The notes under the pieces were generated by a model, which was not told the origin of the DNA, did no database searches, and saw only the letters and a list, made by a program, of their open reading frames with translations. Both the position numbers and the translations under genes were made by a program. This document shows, piece after piece, positions 52,883 through 61,766 of a DNA stretch of 64,000 nucleotides (position 1 is the stretch's first letter; every line of letters begins with the position of its first letter). The DNA comes from Candidatus Humimicrobiaceae bacterium (GTDB lineage: Bacteria; Patescibacteriota; Minisyncoccia; Minisyncoccales; DG-74-1): contig DATKUR010000013.1 in assembly GCA_035530555.1 (NCBI GenBank), positions 239-64,238 of the forward strand, read 5' to 3'.

Positions 52883-54397
52883 ATGCCATCAAAAGTTTTT
52901 TCAGCGGCTATTGTCGGTTTAGAAGCTCAAGTTGTAGAAGTAGAAGTAAATGCCTCATATGGACTGAGGCATTTTGAAATTGTGGGATTGCCGGACAAAG
53001 CGGTTGAAGAGTCTCGAGAAAGAGTTGGGTCAGCCATCGAAAGTTCAGGTTTTCAATCTCCTCACCATCAGCCGGTCAGGGTTTTAGTTTCTCTGGCTCC
53101 AGCTGACTTAAAAAAAGAAGGTTCGGTCTACGATCTGCCCATTGCTTTAGGTTATTTATTGGCAGCTGAGAAAATTAAATTTAAACCAGAAAATAAAATT
53201 TTTCTAGGCGAACTGGCCTTAGACGGCAGATTAAGGCCGATAAAAGGAACGGTTTCTTTTGCTGTCGCCTGCCGTGAAAAGAAAATCAGCGAAATAATTT
53301 TACCAAAAGAAAATACCCCCGAAGCCAGCTTAATTAAGGGAATAAAGATAATTGGGGTAGAAACTCTGAAGGAGGCCATAGATTATCTGGAGGGCAGAAA
53401 AGAAATTTTACCTGCCCCTTATTCAACTTTTAAGGCCAGGCAGAAAGATTATTCAATTGACTTGGGCTATATCAAAGGACAGGAATTTTCTAAAAGAGCC
53501 TTAGAGATTGCTGCAGCCGGCGGTCACCACCTTTTAATGATGGGGCCACCAGGAGCAGGAAAAACCCTTTTGGCCAAAGCCATCCCAACAATTCTGCCTC
53601 CTTTAAATTTTGAAGAATCTTTAGAAGTGACCAAAATCTACAGTATTGCCGGGCTTTTGCCGAAAGACCAGCCTTTAATTAATTTAAGACCGTTCCGCTC
53701 CCCTCATCACGCCTCTTCCGAAGTGGCCTTGATCGGGGGAGGAAATCCTCCTCGACCAGGCGAGATTACTCTTTCTCACCGGGGAGTTCTTTTTTTGGAC
53801 GAATTTCCTGAATTTCACCGCGATGCCTTAGAGTCCCTGCGCCAGCCGATAGAAGAAGGGGAAATCCGCGTCCTGCGGTCAAAATATTCTTTAACTTTTC
53901 CCGCTCGCTTTACCTTGGTGGCCGCTGCCAACCCCTGTCCTTGCGGTTATTATGGTGATCCGGAAAAAAATTGCAGCTGTGCCAATTCCCAAATTCGCAT
54001 GTATCGAAGAAAACTCTCCGGGCCTCTCATAGATAGAATCGATCTTTTTATTAATGTTCCTCAATTGAAATATGAAAAGTTGGTTTCGCCAGATGAAGAA
54101 AATTGTTCGGTAAAAATAAGAGAGGAAGTTGAAAAGGCAAGAAAAATCCAAAAAGAAAGGTTTGGCAAGGATTTAACCAATTCGGAAATGGAGATCCCTC
54201 AAATAAAAAAATACTGTCAGGTTGATTTGACAGGCCAAGGTTTGTTAAGAAATGCAGTTGATTCGGGTAAATTATCGGCTCGGGGATATCATCGCGTCCT
54301 AAAAGTAGCCCGAACTATTGCTGACTTAGGAAATTCAGAAAAAATTTTATTAGATCATTTAAGCGAGGCTTTGATGTATCGAACCAAGGAAATATAA
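52883..54397 (+). CDS. comM: YifB/ComM-family Mg-chelatase-like AAA+ ATPase
   Basis: The N-terminus SAAIVGLEAQVVEVEV is typical of the family. Walker A is GPPGAGKT. CxC-rich insert PCPCGYYGDPEKNCSC. I prefer ATG 52883 over the track start at 52847. Confidence 0.88.
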   Translation: MPSKVFSAAIVGLEAQVVEVEVNASYGLRHFEIVGLPDKAVEESRERVGSAIESSGFQSPHHQPVRVLVSLAPADLKKEGSVYDLPIALGYLLAAEKIKFKPENKIFLGELALDGRLRPIKGTVSFAVACREKKISEIILPKENTPEASLIKGIKIIGVETLKEAIDYLEGRKEILPAPYSTFKARQKDYSIDLGYIKGQEFSKRALEIAAAGGHHLLMMGPPGAGKTLLAKAIPTILPPLNFEESLEVTKIYSIAGLLPKDQPLINLRPFRSPHHASSEVALIGGGNPPRPGEITLSHRGVLFLDEFPEFHRDALESLRQPIEEGEIRVLRSKYSLTFPARFTLVAAANPCPCGYYGDPEKNCSCANSQIRMYRRKLSGPLIDRIDLFINVPQLKYEKLVSPDEENCSVKIREEVEKARKIQKERFGKDLTNSEMEIPQIKKYCQVDLTGQGLLRNAVDSGKLSARGYHRVLKVARTIADLGNSEKILLDHLSEALMYRTKEI

Positions 54398-54422
54398 AAT
54401 GCGCGGATCAATCCTGCGCATT
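54398..54422. terminator. Bidirectional hairpin terminator between convergent genes
   Basis: AATGCGC-ggatcaatcct-GCGCATT (perfect 7-bp stem) with T-rich runs on both strands. It sits between the comM stop (54397) and the M23 peptidase stop (54447). Confidence 0.6.
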
Positions 54423-54446
54423 GTTTCTTTCTAAGAAGATATTTTT

Positions 54447-55589
54447 CTAAAACCGGGAGCCAATGCGGTATCTGGCAAAAGAGTTTTCACCTCCTCTAAC
54501 TTCGAAATGAACATGACAGCCGGTAGCTCCTACGGTTTGGCCGGTGTTCCCTATTCGGCCGATAATAGTGCCCTGGGAAACATCGGTGCCGCTACTGACT
54601 GAAATTTCTGACAAATGGGCGTAAAGAGTAACTAGGCCATTGGGATGAAGAATTGTCATATAGTTTCCGTAACCATTGTTCCATCCGTAAGCTGTCCGCT
54701 GAACCGTCCCCTGGGCTGCGGCAAATACCAGCGCGCCGCAAGAATTGGAAAAATCAATCGCATTATACCAGTGAAGTCCCTGGCTAATTATGCCTTTGGT
54801 GGGAGCGATAAAATAAACAGAACTAACCGGTGTTTGGGTAGCCACTGATTTAGACGAAAGCGAAGGCATCACGCCATTGGGAACAATAAGAATGTCTCCG
54901 ATATAGATATCGTTCTCATCGGAAAGATCGTTAAAGGCCACTACCTCGCTCATTTTTCCTTTATAGGTTCTGGCGACCTCAGAGACAGTGTCACCGGATC
55001 CGACGTGGTGAATTACTCCGGAGACCGGCGGAATAACCAGTTTTTGGCCGATCTTCAGTGCCGATTTCCTGGTTAAATTATTCGCCCAAAGAATAGTATC
55101 TAAAGAAACACCAAACTGATCCGCCAAAGAAGATAAGGTATCGCCACTCTCAACAGTATATTCGACGATCGCTTTTTCCTCATTTTCAAACTCAGAGCTT
55201 GTAACTAGGGTCCCCAAGACCTGGGTAGAAACCATAACAGGCGGTGTGGCTGCCCGGAGACCACTTTCTTCAACCAGAAGGAGGTTAGGCGATCCTGTCA
55301 AAAATCCATTTGTCGAGCTCAGGAAGTGATTTTGGGAAAGGGTCTCTGAAAATACTTCAGGGGAAGCGGTTAAAAAAGAAAAACCCTCTGATAAATGAAG
55401 TGAGCTTCTGGCAACGCTAGGGGAAGTACTTAAAAAAGGTGAAATAGAAAAAATAATAAAAAGGGTAACCGAGATTACCCTCATAAAAGAGAAAGGGTCT
55501 TTTGAGGACTCCTTAATGTTTCTTAAATATTTTCTAATTTTTGCCCCGTTAGAAATTAATCTTCTAACAGGGTTCGTATAAGGGGACAT
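54447..55589 (-). CDS. LysM-domain M23 family peptidoglycan endopeptidase
   Basis: Two LysM repeats (YTVESGDTLSSLADQFGVSLDTILWANNL and HHVGSGDTVSEVARTYKGKMSEVVAFNDL). M23 motifs (HWYNAIDF, GNTGQTVGATGCHVHFEV). Start taken at ATG 55589, with 55484 as an alternative. The longer track ORF overlaps rsmA. Confidence 0.85.
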   Translation of the reverse strand: MSPYTNPVRRLISNGAKIRKYLRNIKESSKDPFSFMRVISVTLFIIFSISPFLSTSPSVARSSLHLSEGFSFLTASPEVFSETLSQNHFLSSTNGFLTGSPNLLLVEESGLRAATPPVMVSTQVLGTLVTSSEFENEEKAIVEYTVESGDTLSSLADQFGVSLDTILWANNLTRKSALKIGQKLVIPPVSGVIHHVGSGDTVSEVARTYKGKMSEVVAFNDLSDENDIYIGDILIVPNGVMPSLSSKSVATQTPVSSVYFIAPTKGIISQGLHWYNAIDFSNSCGALVFAAAQGTVQRTAYGWNNGYGNYMTILHPNGLVTLYAHLSEISVSSGTDVSQGTIIGRIGNTGQTVGATGCHVHFEVRGGENSFARYRIGSRF

Positions 55590-55653
55590 AGGTCCTTTTT
55601 CTATTGTCTTAAAAGCACGGGTTTCTGTCAAGGGCTTATGATATAATAGTGGA

Positions 55654-56484
55654 ATGGATTTAGCTTCAAAATCAGAAGTGAAAAGTCTGCTTAAAAAATA
55701 TCGACTTCGACCGTCGAAAGGACTGGGGCAGAATTTTTTAATTAACAGAGGAACTATCGACAAAGTTATTAGGGCAGCCGATTTAAAGCCTGAAGATATT
55801 GTATTGGAAATCGGACCGGGGCTGGGTGTTTTAACCCGAGAGTTAGCCAAAGAAGCAAAGAAAGTTATCGCCGTAGAAAAAGACCCGAATTTGGCCATAA
55901 TTATGAGTAAAGAATTAATAAAGGAGGTGAGGAATATCGAAGTAGCCCAGGGTGACATTCTAAAAATTCTTAATTCTAAGCTCCCAACCCCTAATTCATA
56001 CAACAAAGTTATTGCTAATCTACCTTTTTATTTAACGGCGCCGGTAATTAGAAAATTTTTAGAATCTGACATCCAGCCCAAATTAATGGCTTTGATTATC
56101 CAAAAAGAAGTAGCTCAGAGAATTTGCGCCAAAATCCCAGACATGAATTTATTAGCCATTTCAGTCCAGTTTTACGCTCGACCCAAAATAATCTCTTATA
56201 TCTCCAAAAAATCTTTCTGGCCACAACCAAAAGTAGATAGCACTATAATTAAAATAACAACCGACGATAGACAATCAGGAATCAACAAGGATTTGTTTTT
56301 TAAAATTGTTAAAGCCGGCTTTTCCCAGCCAAGAAAACAGTTAATAAACAACTTGTCTAAAAAATTAGGGATTGATAAAATAAAAATAGAATCTTGGCTG
56401 TTAAAAAATGATATCCAGCCAGAACAAAGAGCCGAAACATTAACGGTTAAAGACTGGATAAAATTAACTGAAACAATAAGGTGA
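55654..56484 (+). CDS. rsmA: 16S rRNA (adenine1518/1519-N6)-dimethyltransferase
   Basis: 276 aa. GLGQNFLIN, VLEIGPGLGVLT and ANLPFYLT. An extended -10 (TGATATAAT, 55639..55647) ends 6 nt before the ATG. Confidence 0.93.
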   Translation: MDLASKSEVKSLLKKYRLRPSKGLGQNFLINRGTIDKVIRAADLKPEDIVLEIGPGLGVLTRELAKEAKKVIAVEKDPNLAIIMSKELIKEVRNIEVAQGDILKILNSKLPTPNSYNKVIANLPFYLTAPVIRKFLESDIQPKLMALIIQKEVAQRICAKIPDMNLLAISVQFYARPKIISYISKKSFWPQPKVDSTIIKITTDDRQSGINKDLFFKIVKAGFSQPRKQLINNLSKKLGIDKIKIESWLLKNDIQPEQRAETLTVKDWIKLTETIR

Positions 56485-56487
56485 ATT

Positions 56488-59400
56488 ATGGCTTCTTCTA
56501 AAAAAATTATCCTTTTACTCCTTTCTTTTTTCGTTTTAGGATTTATTTTGTTTCTTTCTAAGACGTCATTAGCGGCAGATACAACGCCAGTATATTGTAC
56601 TATTACCAACTGCGGAGCAAGCGAAAAGGTAGAATGTGGTGAAAAATATAGAAGATATTGTGAATCATGTTGCGATGAGGATGGAGGAGATTGTGAACCT
56701 TGTTGCCCTTGTTGTACTCAATATAGATGTAGAGGTAGTTGGACTCAATATAGGGCCAGTAGTGAAGATTGCGAACCCACCATCGAGAGAAGAGTCTGTA
56801 AAAGTGTCTGTAGTGGAGATGGCAGTGAATGTTGTTCTTGCGGCGGCTGTAAAATAGAGTGTGGCGTATGGGAAAGCAGCGAGAAGGTCGGTGCGTCAGA
56901 AACGTGTGAAATATGCAAAAGTTGGCAAAAAGCCGTAAAAAATTCCTGTGAAAATCCGGATAGTATAAACTGGTGCGAATCAAGGCCGGAATGTAAGTGT
57001 TGCGGAGAGTGTATCGATAAACCCGAAAATCCCGAATATTGTATGTCTCCTTCCTGCTCTGTAAAAGCGGAGGCGAATAATGTTTATTTGCCGGTAAAGC
57101 TGGATTGGAAAGATGTCCGGGGCTTTTGGAGCGGAGCATGGAGCGGTGGAGGATCTACTATACAAAACTACGCCGGCTGCCAAGAAGGTTACATAGATTT
57201 TTGCTGGGAAGAAGCTAAGGCGCTAAATCCCGGTTGGAGCTGCCAGGGAGAAATAACAGATGAATACTTAGTCTGCTTAAGACGTGAAACAAAAGAAAAC
57301 TGTCAAGACCTGCTACAAGAGGATGAAGCGTGTAAAGAAAATTGTCCAGTATTAGAAGAAGGAGGAGATGAATGTTACAAGCCAGGCGAATTTGTTAACT
57401 ATTACCAAATCGAAATTTGGGGGGGGAGTGAAAGTTTAATAGATTGCACAACCCTACAACCAATTGACCGCTACAGCGATTTTTTAGAGGCTTCGGAATT
57501 CTTTGCTCCCTGCCTCTGTTTTTACAAATCAGGCTGGACTTATAATTGGCACGTTAGGGGCTGTTGCGACGACCAAGAAAGCACTTGTGGTCCCTGGAGT
57601 GATACATGGACATTTCACACCAATCCTGCCCCTGAGCCCACCTCTCCTTATGATCCTGACTGGGCCGGTTCGGGAAAGGCAGAAAACGTCTCAGCTACCA
57701 CATCTCTTGAGTGGTGCGGCATTGCTGACACTAAAGAGTATCCCACCGAAACCGAATGCAGGGCTGCCTGGGCAGAAATCGGAGCCCAGTATTATTGGGA
57801 TTATCAATACAACACCTGCCGTGAATATTCCCACCAGCTTTTGCTTTATTTAATTGAAAGCGGCAACAAGGTCTGCCATCCATATGCAACGGAGCCAGGA
57901 GAAAAGGAATGCAACCCGGAATTACTAAAACCTTTCAGTCCGGGTTCTACTCCAAATTCAGCATATCACCCTACTGAATTCTCAAATCAGATTTACCGGT
58001 TATTTACAAAAAACTTCACTTATTTTTGGCAAGCAGCCACCTGTAAAGATGACCACGCCGGAAACTGTACGGAATTCGGTCAAGAATGGAAATTTTCCCT
58101 GGCTAATCTTGATTTCTCGTTGACGCAAGTGGTCTCTCCAGGAAATGACCCCGAGGGGGGAAAGCCCGTCGGTTTTCCGGTTAATATCCAGTGGCTAGCC
58201 AGTCTTGGAACAATGTCTTATTGGTACGAAATATACGAGAAAGGTTCGGCTGTCCCGAAAATAACAGGAACTACTACCCAGCCCGGTATTATCTTAGACT
58301 CTCCCCGATTAGATTTAAATACTATTTACAAATGGCGGGTGAAATCCTGTTGGAGCTATTACGCCGAAGCTGATAGATGTGAAAATAGTTGGTCGAATTT
58401 CTTTTATTTTAAAACTACTGGCCAGCCGCCAAAGCTTATTTCCCCGGAAAATAACGCCGCCGAATTAGTGATTCCGGTCGAGTTTCAGTGGGAAAATATA
58501 GGAGGGGCCAAGTCTTATGTCTTTAAAATTAACGGTGAAGAAAAAATAGTAGAAAGGAGGACAGAAATTAATCTTGATTATCCTGAATTACTCCAGCAAG
58601 AAAGCTATTCCTGGCAGGTTAAAACCTGCGCTAAAGCAAATGGACAACTCTGCGGAAACTGGAGTGATGAGTATTATTTTACAACTTTCAAATTAGGAAC
58701 ACCGGTCAATCTTTGGCCAAAAAACGGCTCTATTATTTCCACCACTGATACGCACGGTTTTTCCTGGGACGAAGTATTAGGAGCCGAATATAAATATTAC
58801 GAATTCAAAATTCAATATAAAAAGGCTTCGCCAGAAGAAAACAGGCCGGTGTGTCTAGAAGGAGAAGGAGGATTCACAACCAAAATTATTCCAAAAAATT
58901 CACTCTATAACCAGTTAAAATGTAATGGTGAATATGAATGGCAGGTCAGGGCTTGCCTGGCTGCAAATTGTGAAGAGCCTCAGTCAACAGGAGACTGGAG
59001 CGCTTTGTCAACATTAACTTTAGTTTCAAAAGAGACAACTCAGGAAGTTTCAGAAGAAATAATAAGGGAGGTTTTGAAAAATACAGTTTATGCTGATATT
59101 TTTGCAAAGATGCCGGAAGAAACCAGTAAAAGGGTGGCCGAAATAGTTTCGGCAAAAACATTGGAAATTCTGGAGAATTACCCTGAAATAGACTGGTTAA
59201 CTCAGGCAGATACAACCCCAGAAGTCCCGAGAATTATTTTAGAACAAGTACTGGCTGACGGATATACAGATCATACAGAAATAGCTAACGAAGTAGGTAA
59301 AAGAGTGGCGAAAAAAGTAGAAGAATTACTTAAAACAATGCCGGATGAATTATTAAAGAGGGTGACAGAAAGGCTCCCAGAAGAAATATTAAAGATCTCA

Positions 59401-59964
59401 GACCCATCTGAAATACCAACTATGTTAGAAACAATAATAGGAGAGGAATGGGATAAATTGTCAGCTGAAATAATAAGCCAGGCCTCAGCTATGGCTGAAG
59501 TACCAGAAGGAGTTTTAGAGGCTAAATTATTAGAGATGAAAGCGGAAGCAATAAATGATACCCTGGGCGAGGTGGCAAAGGTAATTGCGGGAATACCGGG
59601 GCAAGTTGAAATGAGGAAGGGATTGGTTCCATGCGGCAGAACTTCAAACAACCCTGATACCGACTGGGACGAAACCGAGAGGTGCCAAATCAAACATCTT
59701 TTTATACTGGTTTACGTAATCATCGATTTCTTTTTATGGAAAGTTATACCAATTATTTTAGTTTTACTGACGCTGGCCAGCGGGGCAATATTTTATTTTT
59801 CGCTACAGGCGCAGAATCCCGAGCCCTTGGCTACGGTAAAGTCACTTTGGAAGGCGGCGGGAATTGGCTTGGCCGTTGTTTTCCTTGCCTGGACAGCTAT
59901 TTCTTTATTCTTGGCCATATTTGATTATCAGGTAGGCCTTTTCGGCCCCTGGTGGCAAATTTAA
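56488..59964 (+). CDS. 1158-aa secreted Cys-rich multidomain protein ending in a VirB2/TrbC-like pilin module
   Basis: Signal peptide (…SKTSLA|AD). Then a block with about 30 Cys in about 165 aa. At least six Trp/Cys-bracketed FN3-like modules follow, for example FQWENIGGAKSYVFKING...YSWQVKTCAKANGQLCGNWSDEYYFTT. Next comes an acidic helical region. The protein ends with LVPCG...C plus two hydrophobic helices separated by AQNPEPLATVKSL (59623..59964), homologous by eye to 44681..45103. Confidence 0.8.
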   Translation: MASSKKIILLLLSFFVLGFILFLSKTSLAADTTPVYCTITNCGASEKVECGEKYRRYCESCCDEDGGDCEPCCPCCTQYRCRGSWTQYRASSEDCEPTIERRVCKSVCSGDGSECCSCGGCKIECGVWESSEKVGASETCEICKSWQKAVKNSCENPDSINWCESRPECKCCGECIDKPENPEYCMSPSCSVKAEANNVYLPVKLDWKDVRGFWSGAWSGGGSTIQNYAGCQEGYIDFCWEEAKALNPGWSCQGEITDEYLVCLRRETKENCQDLLQEDEACKENCPVLEEGGDECYKPGEFVNYYQIEIWGGSESLIDCTTLQPIDRYSDFLEASEFFAPCLCFYKSGWTYNWHVRGCCDDQESTCGPWSDTWTFHTNPAPEPTSPYDPDWAGSGKAENVSATTSLEWCGIADTKEYPTETECRAAWAEIGAQYYWDYQYNTCREYSHQLLLYLIESGNKVCHPYATEPGEKECNPELLKPFSPGSTPNSAYHPTEFSNQIYRLFTKNFTYFWQAATCKDDHAGNCTEFGQEWKFSLANLDFSLTQVVSPGNDPEGGKPVGFPVNIQWLASLGTMSYWYEIYEKGSAVPKITGTTTQPGIILDSPRLDLNTIYKWRVKSCWSYYAEADRCENSWSNFFYFKTTGQPPKLISPENNAAELVIPVEFQWENIGGAKSYVFKINGEEKIVERRTEINLDYPELLQQESYSWQVKTCAKANGQLCGNWSDEYYFTTFKLGTPVNLWPKNGSIISTTDTHGFSWDEVLGAEYKYYEFKIQYKKASPEENRPVCLEGEGGFTTKIIPKNSLYNQLKCNGEYEWQVRACLAANCEEPQSTGDWSALSTLTLVSKETTQEVSEEIIREVLKNTVYADIFAKMPEETSKRVAEIVSAKTLEILENYPEIDWLTQADTTPEVPRIILEQVLADGYTDHTEIANEVGKRVAKKVEELLKTMPDELLKRVTERLPEEILKISDPSEIPTMLETIIGEEWDKLSAEIISQASAMAEVPEGVLEAKLLEMKAEAINDTLGEVAKVIAGIPGQVEMRKGLVPCGRTSNNPDTDWDETERCQIKHLFILVYVIIDFFLWKVIPIILVLLTLASGAIFYFSLQAQNPEPLATVKSLWKAAGIGLAVVFLAWTAISLFLAIFDYQVGLFGPWWQI

Positions 59965-59975
59965 AAACTTAAGGC

Positions 59976-60629
59976 ATGAAAAGCACTCCCAAACTTTTAT
60001 TAATAGGGATATTTCTTTTAATTTTGGGGCTTGGCTTAGTTGGTTGGTGGCATTATAGAAGTTTTGAAAAAGCTCTTTCTGGGGTAAAGCCGTTTGCCCT
60101 TAATTTCCCCGAGCTTGACTTTGAGTCTGAAGAAGAGTCTCAAGAGCCGGAAACTTTCCAGGAATTTTTAGTACCGTCCGGCGATTTAAAAATCACTTAT
60201 CCGGACTCCTGGCAAAGAATCGAGGATTCCGAATTTAATTTTACAACCTTAGATACTGAAAATGCGAAAACCCTGTTTTACGCAATAAGAGTTAGACCAA
60301 AAGAAACAAAAATGGCCTGGTTAATAGTTCAGGAATTAAATTTTGGAGAAGAAAAAGGGTTGGAAAAAATTATTGAAAAGATGAGAACTGCTGGCGATGA
60401 CCGTGAAATTGAGACAGAAATCCAAGATTTAGAGGTTAAAGGAAATATTGTCCAGTTTGAAATAACTCAAAAACAAGCCGGTTATTCAACAAGAGGAAAA
60501 GAGAAAATTATCTTAACCAAAGATAGTATTTATTCGATATTGATTTTCTCTTTGGCCTCCGATTGGGATTTGTTCCGGGAAGAAACGGAGCAAATTTTAA
60601 ACTCAGCCCAGGCTTTGCTTGCAGAATAA
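59976..60629 (+). CDS. N-terminally membrane-anchored protein of unknown function (bitopic, alpha/beta ectodomain)
   Basis: 217 aa. One TM helix (LLLIGIFLLILGLGLVGWW), an acidic linker, then a globular domain of about 150 aa. It lies between the two pilin-like genes. Confidence 0.6.
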   Translation: MKSTPKLLLIGIFLLILGLGLVGWWHYRSFEKALSGVKPFALNFPELDFESEEESQEPETFQEFLVPSGDLKITYPDSWQRIEDSEFNFTTLDTENAKTLFYAIRVRPKETKMAWLIVQELNFGEEKGLEKIIEKMRTAGDDREIETEIQDLEVKGNIVQFEITQKQAGYSTRGKEKIILTKDSIYSILIFSLASDWDLFREETEQILNSAQALLAE

Positions 60630-60652
60630 GCCTGTGTTATATTTAAATAACA

Positions 60653-61753
60653 ATGCCTAAAAAGACAAAATTGATAATTTCAATAACCCTCATCGGACTA
60701 CTGGCAATTGCTTCTTCAGCTCTGGCAGCCACCAGAACTGCCTGGCCCGACACGCCAGCGGGTCATCCTTTTCCTGACGAAGGAATTCCGGAATTAATCA
60801 GGTATTTTTATGAATGGGGAATTTTTCTCGGCGGACTATTGGTTTTTGTTGCTCTACTAATCGCTGGCTTCCAATATATGTCTTCGGCCGGCAATCCGGC
60901 GATGATGCAAGAGGCCAAAGACAGGATTAAGTCCGCCTTCATAGGATTAACTTTATTGTTGGGCTCCTGGCTGATTTTAAACACAATTAACCCTCAACTT
61001 ACTAATTTTCCCGAACTCGTGCTGGATTTATCCAGGGTCGCAGAAACCACTACCTCGAACTACATCGAAAGAAGCTCTTATCCCTGTGAGTGGGGTTATG
61101 TTTTTGGAGAGGAAGAATACAACGGCGAAGGGGGTTACATTGAGCCGGGCGGACCGGGCGGAACAATCAATGAATACCATCCAGGGGGATTTATTTTTAG
61201 TAACGGGGTCAGTTTCGATGAGCCAGAATCAGTGCAGGTCTGGCGACGTATCAATTGCTTCGGATATCCGAGTCCTGACGAAGAATCCGAAGCACAAGAT
61301 GAGCTGATTTTATCGATAAACCAGGCAATTGCTATGTGCCAAAATGAAAAATTAGCCGCGATGACGGAAGCCGAACTGGCCGCAGGAACACTGCCAGCTT
61401 GTAGCTCTACCGAAATAATAGCTATTGTAGAAGAAGACCTAAAAAAGAAATACGGAGGAGAAAGATTTGTAACGACAACCGACCCAGAAAAAGGCCCAAC
61501 GAACGATTGCCCTCCTTATAATATCATAGAAGAAACCTTTGATATTCCTTACAGCATTACTATTCCTAGGTATTTTATTAGTGACGGGAACTGTACTTTC
61601 CATCTGTCTGTGGGCACCTTGTTGGGGGGCATAGGAGGGTGTGGGGATAGAGTTTCTGAAATCTACGGTACCTATCCTAAGATTAAAGACTATACTGATA
61701 GAAATATAGAGTGCGTAACATTGGTGGCCACCCCTCGGGGGAAGGAGCTATAA
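60653..61753 (+). CDS. VirB2/TrbC-like pilin module with a C-terminal Cys-containing extension of about 250 aa
   Basis: 366 aa. Signal peptide (…SSALA|A). Two hydrophobic helices separated by SSAGNPAMMQEAKDRIKSAFIGL, the same helix-NP-x-AK-helix pattern as the other two pilin modules. A non-hydrophobic domain with about 8 Cys follows. Confidence 0.65.
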   Translation: MPKKTKLIISITLIGLLAIASSALAATRTAWPDTPAGHPFPDEGIPELIRYFYEWGIFLGGLLVFVALLIAGFQYMSSAGNPAMMQEAKDRIKSAFIGLTLLLGSWLILNTINPQLTNFPELVLDLSRVAETTTSNYIERSSYPCEWGYVFGEEEYNGEGGYIEPGGPGGTINEYHPGGFIFSNGVSFDEPESVQVWRRINCFGYPSPDEESEAQDELILSINQAIAMCQNEKLAAMTEAELAAGTLPACSSTEIIAIVEEDLKKKYGGERFVTTTDPEKGPTNDCPPYNIIEETFDIPYSITIPRYFISDGNCTFHLSVGTLLGGIGGCGDRVSEIYGTYPKIKDYTDRNIECVTLVATPRGKEL

Positions 61754-61766
61754 AAATTAAAATTTT

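Noticed and set aside
55590-56006. The N-terminal roughly 140 aa of the 519-aa track ORF for the M23 peptidase.
   Set aside because: This part is antisense to the well-supported rsmA gene and has no peptidase, LysM or signal features. Internal ATGs at 55589 or 55484 give a normal membrane-anchor plus LysM plus M23 protein.
56603-57183. Minus-strand ORFs (178 and 67 aa) antisense to the Cys-rich head of the giant protein.
   Set aside because: They are the antisense frame of a TGT/TGC-rich region. The sense ORF is continuous for 1158 aa with a signal peptide and a pilin module.
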